Source of the DNA: an uncultured bacterium
GTDB taxonomy: Bacteria; UBA8481
Length of the DNA: 64,000 nt
Reading direction: 5' to 3'
Assembly: GCA_964548165.1 (NCBI GenBank)
Contig: CAZJQD010000009.1
Coordinates: 7,985 to 71,984, forward strand
In this document: positions 56,881-64,000 of the stretch, piece by piece
How positions within the stretch are numbered: position 1 is the first letter of the stretch
Layout of the letters: each line of letters opens with the position of its first letter
Notes under the pieces: model-generated
What the model was told of the DNA's origin: nothing
Seen by the model: only the letters and a program-made list of their open reading frames with translations
The model's database searches: none
Program-made: the position numbers and the translations under genes

Positions 56881-58158
56881 GTGGCGGCGGAACTCAAGCA
56901 TGAGCTGGTCGCGATCCTGCGCTCGTCCGGGGACTTTCGCGCCATCCAGGACCTCGTGGTCCGTCGTCTCCAGTCGGCGTTCGGGCTGAGCCGGGTCAAC
57001 ATTCTCCTCTATAACAAGCCCGCCAACATGCTCGAGACCGTCTCCTCGGTCGGGCATATCCAGGCGGATTATCGCGAGATCCGAACTCCCGTGGTCCGCG
57101 TGCCGGGCATCTCATCTCGCGCCTCCCAGGTGCGGTCCTACCTCGACAAGAAGACCATCGTCGTAACCGATCGCAGTGGCGATCCCGAGTACCAGGCTCG
57201 AGCGCGGTTTCCCCACAAGGTGTATGCGCGCGAGTTCGCGATCTTCCCCCTGGTGGCCGGCGCCCGCAGGCTGGGCGTCCTCTCGATCGCCGTGGACGAG
57301 GCCAATTCCACGCACCTGACGCCCTCGCTCGTGCGCACCATTAAAGGCCTCTGCCCTGTGCTCGCCCGAGCCATCTACGCGACGATGCCTCGTCTTCCCA
57401 CCGACAAGCGCATGGTCGGGGTCCTCAAGGACATCCTCGCCCGTCGCCTCATCTATCCTCTCTACCAGCCGATCGTGGACCTGGAGCAGCGAACGGTCTT
57501 CGCCTACGAGGCGCTCCTGCGCGCCGATCACCCGCTCCTGGCCGGGCCCATCGTGCTCCTGGGGTATGCCGAGAAATTCAATGCCTTGCGCGACGTCTCG
57601 CAGGTCATCCACGAGGCCGCGCTGGAGGTGGTGCCCCGGCTGGGCGTGCGCCAGAAGCTCTTCCTCAATCTCAATATCGGCGACTTCCGGGAATACCTCC
57701 GGCTGGAACGTCCCGCGAACCCGTTTCACGGCCACGATCCGCGCCGGTTCGTCCTGGAGATCACCGAGCGCCAGTATGCCGACGACATCGTCCAGCTCCG
57801 GCGCCACTTCGCGGATTTCCGACGGCTCGGCTTCGGCGTGGCCATCGACGATCTCGGGAGCGGTTACTCGAGCCTCAACCTCCTGCCGTCCCTGGAGCCC
57901 GACTGGATCAAGCTCGACATTTCCCTGGTGCGCGGCATCGCCTCGAACAAGCGCCAGCGGGAGCTGGTGCGCTCCCTGCTGGCATTCGCCCGGAGGACCG
58001 ACACGCGGTGCATCTGCGAAGGCGTCGAGACGCGCGAGGATCTCAAGGTGCTCATCTCGCTCGGGGCGCGCTACGTGCAGGGCTTTGTCCTCGCGCGCCC
58101 GGCGGCCGAGCTCCTGTCCACGGCCGACCTCCGCCGGCGCTTGAATCTCCTTCTTTGA
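56881..58158 (+). CDS. GAF-EAL protein (c-di-GMP phosphodiesterase-like)
   Basis: EAL motifs 'YEALLRADHP', 'EITE', 'DDLGSGYSSL' and 'EGVET' are present. An N-terminal GAF precedes them. It has a GTG start. Confidence 0.75.
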   Translation: MAAELKHELVAILRSSGDFRAIQDLVVRRLQSAFGLSRVNILLYNKPANMLETVSSVGHIQADYREIRTPVVRVPGISSRASQVRSYLDKKTIVVTDRSGDPEYQARARFPHKVYAREFAIFPLVAGARRLGVLSIAVDEANSTHLTPSLVRTIKGLCPVLARAIYATMPRLPTDKRMVGVLKDILARRLIYPLYQPIVDLEQRTVFAYEALLRADHPLLAGPIVLLGYAEKFNALRDVSQVIHEAALEVVPRLGVRQKLFLNLNIGDFREYLRLERPANPFHGHDPRRFVLEITERQYADDIVQLRRHFADFRRLGFGVAIDDLGSGYSSLNLLPSLEPDWIKLDISLVRGIASNKRQRELVRSLLAFARRTDTRCICEGVETREDLKVLISLGARYVQGFVLARPAAELLSTADLRRRLNLLL

Positions 58159-58261
58159 CGCGGTCCGGCCAGACCCCATCCCTGGCGCGCCAACATTATC
58201 CTCTGGGGGCGTATTTCGAAGCGGGTATACTGCGGATCATGAGCCCCAGGGGAGTCCGCCG

Positions 58262-58960
58262 GTGCTGTTGAACGATGCCGTGCTGCGCGAGCTGTACTCG
58301 CGGCGGGGGCGCGCCTATGCGCCCGACACCATCCTCTTCCTCGAGAACGACCATGGCGAGGAGATGTACATCATCGTCAACGGCGAGGTCGAGATCACGA
58401 AGATGTACCGCGAGCAGGAGATCTACTCCGGCGCCACGCTGAAATTCGGCAACACCCCGGAGACGATCGCCATCCTCGGGCCCGGGGATTTCTTCGGCGA
58501 GATGGCGCTCTGGAACGACCTGCCGCGGATGGCCACGGCGCGCGCCCGGACCGGCGTCGAGGTCATCGTCTTCGGCCGTGGTGATATCGAGACGCTCGTC
58601 CAGCGCAGCCCCCTGCTGGCCCTGCAGATGCTCAAGTCCATGAGCAACCGACTCCGCGACGTCTCGCGGTCGCCGCGCCTCGAGCTCGTCCTGCCCCAGC
58701 TCCGCGAGGCCTTTCGCGAGATCCATGCGGCGGCGGTGCGGCGCGGCGGCGCGGCGGCGGAGGCCGGCCTGGCCGCCTCCGAGGTAGCGGAAGCAGCCGT
58801 TCGGGCGACTGCGAGGAGGCAGGACGCCTCGCCGATCGATCCCGTGACGACGGTGGGGCAACGAGCTCCGGCCGTGAGGTCGTGCCTTCGGTGCGGGGAG
58901 CCGGTCCTGTCGCGCGCCATCTACTGTTCCCAGTGCGGTCATCTTCTCGGCAAGGAGTAG
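58262..58960 (+). CDS. cNMP-binding domain protein with a C-terminal CxxC...CxxC zinc ribbon
   Basis: The cNMP match is 'GEEMYIIVNGEVEI...FFGEMALWNDLPRMATARA'. The C-terminus carries 'CLRCGEPV...YCSQCGH'. Confidence 0.7.
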   Translation: MLLNDAVLRELYSRRGRAYAPDTILFLENDHGEEMYIIVNGEVEITKMYREQEIYSGATLKFGNTPETIAILGPGDFFGEMALWNDLPRMATARARTGVEVIVFGRGDIETLVQRSPLLALQMLKSMSNRLRDVSRSPRLELVLPQLREAFREIHAAAVRRGGAAAEAGLAASEVAEAAVRATARRQDASPIDPVTTVGQRAPAVRSCLRCGEPVLSRAIYCSQCGHLLGKE

Positions 58961-60249
58961 TGACCGTGAATGACCCCGCGCCCCCGGCGCATGCCCCGGC
59001 TCCCGTGGACCATGTCCTGCAGTACCTGCTGGAGGGGATGGGAGCGCTCTTCGGCGAGCGCTTTCTCGAGGGGATGGTCCTGTACCTGTCGCGTACCTTC
59101 GCGGTGAGGTTCTGTTTCCTCGGCGAGTATGATCCGGCAGGGCAGACGGTGACGACGCGCGCGATGGCCGTGGACGGCATGCTGGCGCCGGTGATGACGT
59201 ACACGCTGGCCGGAACCCCATGCGCCGAGGTCCTCGAGCAGGGCATCGTCTGTGCTCATCCGGAGGGAGTGATCGATCAATTCGCCTCGGATCACCTTCT
59301 CGTCGAGATGGGCATCCAGAGCTACTACGGCCTGCCGTTGCGTAACGCCGAGGAGAACCTCAATGGCCTCCTGGTCCTCATGCATGATCGTCCTCGGCGC
59401 CTCGGCGAAGAGGACGTCCAGCGGCTCCGCCTCTTTGCCTTGCGCGCCGGCGCCGAGATGGCGCGGATGAGGTTCGAAACGGACAATGCCCGGCTGCTGG
59501 CGCGCGAGCAGGCCGCGAGGGCCGAGGCCGAGGCGGCGCTCTCGGTTCGCGATGTGTTCGTCTCGGTGGCCTCGCACGAGCTCAAGACGCCGCTTGCCGC
59601 TCTCCAGCTCCAGATCGACGGGCTCCTGCGCGCCGCGCGCGGGGAGTCGGCGGTCGAACTCTCCAAGGAACGCCTGGTCGGGGCCCTGGAGCACGCCCAG
59701 TCCCTGGGGCGCCGGTTCGGGAGGCTCATCGACGACCTGCTCGACGTCTCGCAGATCTCGGCGACGGGCGCGCTCGTTCTGAATCGCGAGGACGTCGACC
59801 TCGTGGCGATCATCGAGGACGCCATCGACTCCCTCAGCGAGCCGTTGGCGCGCGCCGGTTGCGATGTGACGTGGACGGCCGTCGAGCACGTGCGCGGTTC
59901 GTGGGACCGTTTCCGCATCTACCAGTGCGCGGCCAATCTCCTGGCGAACGCCATGAAGTACGGCCGGGGGAAGCCGATCGAGCTGGCTGTCACGCGCTCT
60001 GGCGATGGCGCCCGCTTCACGGTGCGCGACCACGGGGTCGGGATCGACGTGGGGGACCAGGAACGGATCTTCGAACGGTTCGAGCGCGCGCATGAGAATC
60101 ACTACGGTGGGCTGGGACTCGGGCTCTTCATCGTACGTCGCATCCTGCGAACGCATGGCGGGGCCATCCGCGTGGAGAGCGTACCGGGGGAGGGATCGCT
60201 CTTCATCGTCGATCTTCCCTGCGCGGCGTCCTCGGGCGACGCGGCTTGA
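58960..60249 (+). CDS. GAF-domain sensor histidine kinase
   Basis: The H-box is 'FVSVASHELKTPL'. Also present are 'LLANAMKYG' and 'GGLGLGLFIVRRIL'. The GTG start overlaps the upstream TAG. The 26 upstream codons of the listed ORF are rejected. Confidence 0.75.
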   Translation: MTVNDPAPPAHAPAPVDHVLQYLLEGMGALFGERFLEGMVLYLSRTFAVRFCFLGEYDPAGQTVTTRAMAVDGMLAPVMTYTLAGTPCAEVLEQGIVCAHPEGVIDQFASDHLLVEMGIQSYYGLPLRNAEENLNGLLVLMHDRPRRLGEEDVQRLRLFALRAGAEMARMRFETDNARLLAREQAARAEAEAALSVRDVFVSVASHELKTPLAALQLQIDGLLRAARGESAVELSKERLVGALEHAQSLGRRFGRLIDDLLDVSQISATGALVLNREDVDLVAIIEDAIDSLSEPLARAGCDVTWTAVEHVRGSWDRFRIYQCAANLLANAMKYGRGKPIELAVTRSGDGARFTVRDHGVGIDVGDQERIFERFERAHENHYGGLGLGLFIVRRILRTHGGAIRVESVPGEGSLFIVDLPCAASSGDAA

Positions 60250-61838
60250 TGGCCGGGGGCATGACCATGATGAGGCCCGACCCCGGCGCATTGTCGCCCT
60301 CCGATCGTGCTCAGCTGGAGACGGCCGGGATCGCGGTCGAGGAGGTCGTGAGGCAGTGGAAGCTCCTCCTGGCGCCGCCGCCGCCGCCGCGCCTGGTGCG
60401 GCCATGCACGCCCGGGGACGGCGTGCGAAGAATCGAGGCCGGGAACGCCGCGGCCTACGCGGAGGCCGGAGCGACTTTTCTTGCGGGAGCCCGTCCGTCC
60501 AAGTTCGTACCGGCCTCGGGCGCGGCCACGCGGATGTTCCAGGATCTCCTGTCCTGGAGGTCGACGCACGGGTCGTTCTCGCTGGAGGCGCTCATCGCGG
60601 CCGAGCGCCGGGACCCGACGGCGGCTTCGGTCCTCAGGACGCTCCGCCATATTCGCCAGTTCGCCTTCTTCCCGCGCCTGCACCAGGCGCTCCTTGCGGG
60701 TGGCGCGATCCCCGAGAGAATCCTCGGTGGTGGCGACGCGACCCCCGTTGTCGCCGCCCTGCTGGACGCCTTCGGCCTCGACCTGGCCGCGACGCCCAAG
60801 GCGCTCCTGCCGTTCCACGCCGGCCCCGACGGGAGCCGCACGGCCTTCGTCGAGCACCTGCACGAGGCCCTGGCGGTGGCCGTCGGCGCGGACGGCACGG
60901 CCCGGGCTCACTTCACCGTCTCCTCCGATCACCACGACCGCTTCGTGGCGGCGCGCACCGCGGCGCTGGCCGCGTTCGCGTCACAGGGAGGACGGCTGGC
61001 CGCGTCCTTCTCGACTCAGAACGCCTCGACGGACACGATCGCGGTGCGCGCGGATGGGAGCCTGGCGCGGCTTGCCGATGGGCGACTGCTCCTGAGACCC
61101 GCCGGCCACGGCGCTCTCCTCGGCAACCTGCTCGCCTGCGACGGCGATCTGCTTCTCGTGCGCAATATCGACAACGTCGAGCCGGCGTCGTGTCGCGACG
61201 AGCGCGTCTTCTGGACACGCGTACTCGCGGGGGTCCTGGCCGAGATCCAGGCAGGCCTCTCGTCCCTGGCCGCCGCCCTGGACGGCGGCACGACCGATCC
61301 GGCGACCGCCGTGTCGCGGCTCGTGGAACTCATCGGCCTCGACCTGTCGCCGCTCCTCGTCGGGCGGGACGCCGCCGGGATCCGGGCGCAGGTGCTGGAG
61401 CGGCTGGCGCGGCCGATCCGCGTCTGCGGCATGGTTCCCAACACCGGAGAGCCGGGCGGCGGACCGTTCTGGGTCGCCGGCGCGGACGGCCTCGTTGCCC
61501 CGCAGATCATCGAGACGGCGCAGGTGGCGCGCACCATGGACCAGCAGGCCGTCTTTGCCGCGGCCACGCACTTCAACCCCGTGGACATGATCCTCTCTCC
61601 CGCCGGCGCGCGCGGCCGACGCGTGAATGCGGTCGACCTGGTCGACCAGTCAGCGGTGATCGTGACGCGCAAGAGCGTGGGCGGAGAGCCCCTGCGCGTC
61701 CTCGAGCGCCCGGGTCTCTGGAACGGGTCGATGGCTGGCTGGAACACGGTCTTCGTCGAGCTCCCTTCCACCGTCTTCAACCCCGTGAAGACGATCAATG
61801 ACCTCCTGCGGCCTGCGCACCTGAGAACGGAGGCGTGA
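60246..61838 (+). CDS. DUF4301-like protein
   Basis: An ATGA overlap joins it to the kinase stop. The N-terminal pattern 'LSPSDRAQLETAGIAVEEVVRQW' resembles DUF4301. The function is unknown. Confidence 0.45.
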   Translation: MMAGGMTMMRPDPGALSPSDRAQLETAGIAVEEVVRQWKLLLAPPPPPRLVRPCTPGDGVRRIEAGNAAAYAEAGATFLAGARPSKFVPASGAATRMFQDLLSWRSTHGSFSLEALIAAERRDPTAASVLRTLRHIRQFAFFPRLHQALLAGGAIPERILGGGDATPVVAALLDAFGLDLAATPKALLPFHAGPDGSRTAFVEHLHEALAVAVGADGTARAHFTVSSDHHDRFVAARTAALAAFASQGGRLAASFSTQNASTDTIAVRADGSLARLADGRLLLRPAGHGALLGNLLACDGDLLLVRNIDNVEPASCRDERVFWTRVLAGVLAEIQAGLSSLAAALDGGTTDPATAVSRLVELIGLDLSPLLVGRDAAGIRAQVLERLARPIRVCGMVPNTGEPGGGPFWVAGADGLVAPQIIETAQVARTMDQQAVFAAATHFNPVDMILSPAGARGRRVNAVDLVDQSAVIVTRKSVGGEPLRVLERPGLWNGSMAGWNTVFVELPSTVFNPVKTINDLLRPAHLRTEA

Positions 61839-61872
61839 TGAGGGACGAGGGAAGACGCACGGGAGGGGAAGG

Positions 61873-63888
61873 ATGAGCGTATGCGAGGGCAGGCGGCGCG
61901 CCATCGAGCGGTTCCGCGGGACCTTGACGGATCGCCCGTACCGCGGCTACGACGTCCTCGTGGTCAGCTCGTCGATGCTCGAGGAGGCGGCGGTGCGCCA
62001 GGCTGTCCTGGAGACGGCGTTTCGCGGGGTCGTCACGGGGAACGACGCCCTCGGGAACGAGGTCTGCATCCTGAGCGTCTGCGATGAGAGCCAGGGCGGG
62101 CAGATCATCGGGCAGGCGATCACGTGGGCGCGGGCCGCGCGCGACTTTGCCGCGTGGTCGGCAACCCGCGGGCTAGGGCCCCGCGACCTCGACGAGCTCG
62201 TGAGGACGGGAACGGCGCGCGTGGCCATCTATCACAACGGTGGCAAGGGCGAGCGGGCGAGCCCGGCGACCCAGAGCCTCGGGAACTCCCGCGGCTCGCA
62301 GAAGCTCGTCGGCACCGTGCTGACGGCGGAGGGGATTCCCATCGAGCTGGATCTCATGCTGGCCGTCGTCCTGCAAACCGCCCAGCATGCCCCCGCGGCG
62401 AGCGAGCGAACGATCGACACCTGGTGGGGCAACCAGATCGCCTTTGGCTCCAACGACCCGGAGACGCTGCCCACGCCCCAGGCTGCGCTCTCGAAGTTCC
62501 TCATCGCCATCGATCGCGCCAACCCGTCGGAGAAGGACCTCTATGACTACGGCACGGCGCGCCTGGACGAGTCGGGCCGGATTGTCGGCTTCCTGGCCAA
62601 CAAGAAGCTGGCGCGACCGCGCCAGGACGGCGGCTACGAGCCGAACCCGGAGCATGCGGCCGCGCGGGAGGCGCTCTGGGCGGCGGCGGGAGCGGCCTAT
62701 GATTTCGGCTCGTTCCGGATGCGCCACGAGATGCACGAGGCGCTCGTCGAGTACTGGGGCGTCTTCCGCGACCTCTTCGGCATCGTGGAGAGAACCGGCC
62801 GTTCGCCGCTGAGCCGCGACATCGATCCCGCGCTCGTCCAGATGCTCGTCCCGCTCGCCTCCGGTCTCGATCGGCTGGCACCGGGCGCTCTCGACCCGCT
62901 GGCGCCCGCGCCCGCGCTGAGGGACGCCGCGCGGCGTGGAGATCGCGGCGACCTGGAGGCGGCGCGGCGTGCGCTGGCGGAACGGCTCGGCGCGGAGTGC
63001 CGGCAGGCCATGAGCGCGGCGGCGGCGGGGCGGACGGAGTATATCGAGGAGACCCTGGAGTTCTTCCTGTTGTATCGCGATCGCGAGGCCGTCTTCGGGC
63101 CCCGGGCGAGGCACATCGGGGCGATCGACCTGGGCGCCGGCAGTCACTGGTTTGCCTACAAGCGCCTCATGGACATCGGCAACGAGAAGTTCCTGATGCT
63201 GGGCGACCTGGTCGCCGAGCCGTTTGCGATCGAGCCCGATGGGAGCATCGGGCGCGGGGACGGTGGTGAAGACGGACGGATCATTGCCGCCGACGCCCGC
63301 GCGTTCCGCGGGATTGCCGACGACGCCGTGGCCGTTTTCCGCCATGGCGGCGCCGGTTTCCGGATCGGCCGCGAGGAATCGCGCGCCGGCGTCTCGATCG
63401 TCGGCGGGCGCGTTCTTCCCGGCGACGTGGAGGGAGCGGCTGTCTACGTGCAGGGCTCGGTCATCCAGGGCGGGACCGTGCTCCACGACGGATCGCGCGT
63501 CGTCGCGTGCGTCGTCAACGGATCCGAGGGTTGTCTCCAGGTTGACCATGCGTACGTCGAGGGGACGCTGGCGCCGGTCGTTCGGGCGCACGCGAGCGTG
63601 CTGCATCGCGTGGTCTGCGGCGAGGCGGTCGAGGCGCGCGGCGAGCTGGTCACGGACGCGTTCCGACCGGCCTTCCGGGCGCCCGGAAGGCATCCCGGCC
63701 AGGCCCGCCTGCGCGTCCCGGTCGGCTATGACCCGAAGAACGATGGCGAGACCCGCGACGAATCGGGCACGTGGACGTTCCGGGAGATCCGCGAGATGCC
63801 GTGCGCGAAGGCCGTGAACGACGTGCTGGAGGCCCGGTGCCGGGCCGCGGCGCGCGAGGCGATTTCAGGAGGGACGAGGCCGACATGA
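61873..63888 (+). CDS. sugar-1-phosphate nucleotidyltransferase-like protein with a C-terminal left-handed beta-helix
   Basis: The N-terminal match is 'IYHNGGKGERASPATQSLGNSRGSQKLVG' (GGxGxR-type NTP-transferase motif). Hexapeptide-like repeats follow ('VSIVGGRVLPGDVEGAAVYVQGSVIQGGTVLHDGSRV'). It is followed by a phosphohexomutase gene. Confidence 0.4.
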   Translation: MSVCEGRRRAIERFRGTLTDRPYRGYDVLVVSSSMLEEAAVRQAVLETAFRGVVTGNDALGNEVCILSVCDESQGGQIIGQAITWARAARDFAAWSATRGLGPRDLDELVRTGTARVAIYHNGGKGERASPATQSLGNSRGSQKLVGTVLTAEGIPIELDLMLAVVLQTAQHAPAASERTIDTWWGNQIAFGSNDPETLPTPQAALSKFLIAIDRANPSEKDLYDYGTARLDESGRIVGFLANKKLARPRQDGGYEPNPEHAAAREALWAAAGAAYDFGSFRMRHEMHEALVEYWGVFRDLFGIVERTGRSPLSRDIDPALVQMLVPLASGLDRLAPGALDPLAPAPALRDAARRGDRGDLEAARRALAERLGAECRQAMSAAAAGRTEYIEETLEFFLLYRDREAVFGPRARHIGAIDLGAGSHWFAYKRLMDIGNEKFLMLGDLVAEPFAIEPDGSIGRGDGGEDGRIIAADARAFRGIADDAVAVFRHGGAGFRIGREESRAGVSIVGGRVLPGDVEGAAVYVQGSVIQGGTVLHDGSRVVACVVNGSEGCLQVDHAYVEGTLAPVVRAHASVLHRVVCGEAVEARGELVTDAFRPAFRAPGRHPGQARLRVPVGYDPKNDGETRDESGTWTFREIREMPCAKAVNDVLEARCRAAAREAISGGTRPT

Positions 63889-64000
63889 CGCTGAAGGAGA
63901 CGTTGACGTACCCGGTGGTGGAGCTGGCGTTCGGGACGAGCGGCTTGCGCGGGCTCGTCACCGACATCACCGACCTCGAAGCCTACGTCAATGCCCGCGG
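63885..64000 (+). CDS. phosphoglucomutase/phosphomannomutase family protein (3' partial)
   Basis: The ATG overlaps the upstream TGA. The active-site loop is 'FGTSGLRG'. Confidence 0.7.
   Translation, partial: MTLKETLTYPVVELAFGTSGLRGLVTDITDLEAYVNAR

Noticed and set aside
1-64000. CRISPR arrays, tRNA or rRNA genes, and integrase, transposase or prophage genes
   Set aside because: I found no regularly spaced direct repeats with unique spacers. I found no T-psi-C-like GGTTCGAATCC cloverleaf candidates. No recombinase-like ORFs turned up on reading all six frames.

Overview
This is a high-GC (~68-70%) bacterial chromosomal window, apparently an uncultivated, envelope-rich lineage. It holds about 50 protein-coding genes on both strands. 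I found no rRNA, tRNA, CRISPR array, integrase or transposase by eye.

Gene content in order:
- nadD (C-terminal end) fused to the yqeK HD domain, then LCP/LytR, rsfS, a cNMP-binding protein and glnE.
- An alpha/beta hydrolase, then a Ser/Thr-rich secreted surface protein with its own promoter and terminator.
- PIN-PhoH2, aroD and a glycerophosphodiesterase.
- On the minus strand: a lipoprotein, a PPC-domain secreted protein, trxA-asd, and an orphan HprK-like P-loop kinase.
- A 1326-aa NHL/FN3/TPR/transglutaminase-like secreted protein, followed by TPR and coiled-coil proteins.
- A MalE-like binding protein, a HAMP-GAF membrane sensor, a DUF342 protein and a small zincin.
- A stand-alone GspA-like AAA ATPase carrying a peptidoglycan-binding domain.
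- A long translationally coupled minus-strand operon, rlmI-TPR-thiS-[PAS/GAF histidine kinase]-[REC-STAS response regulator]-thiG, followed by cysK.
- A xylFGH-like sugar ABC transporter with a GH15 glucoamylase-like gene.
- A GlcD/GlcF-like FAD/Fe-S oxidase, aat, an FmdB zinc ribbon and a B12-binding radical SAM protein.
- A minus-strand envelope operon: GT39-like, CreD, an outer-membrane beta-barrel, a CysO-like sulfur carrier and a BNR/Ycf48-like propeller.
- A signalling block of GAF-EAL, cNMP-zinc ribbon and GAF histidine kinase, coupled to DUF4301, an NTP-transferase-like protein and a phosphohexomutase.

The most unusual features are:
- A two-component system embedded inside the thiS/thiG operon.
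- A CysO-type ubiquitin-like sulfur carrier translationally coupled to a BNR propeller.
- Two families of intergenic repeat elements. One is a roughly 120-bp inverted-repeat element with conserved GGTGTCAGGC termini and compensatory arm variation, present in three copies. The other consists of arrays of degenerate 9-mers (ACCACGGAG) flanking AT-rich cores, seen at five or more loci.

CDS coordinates come from the ORF track plus amino-acid offsets and are reliable. Coordinates for intergenic elements are approximate (about +/-3 nt), because I could not recount the raw sequence lines exactly.
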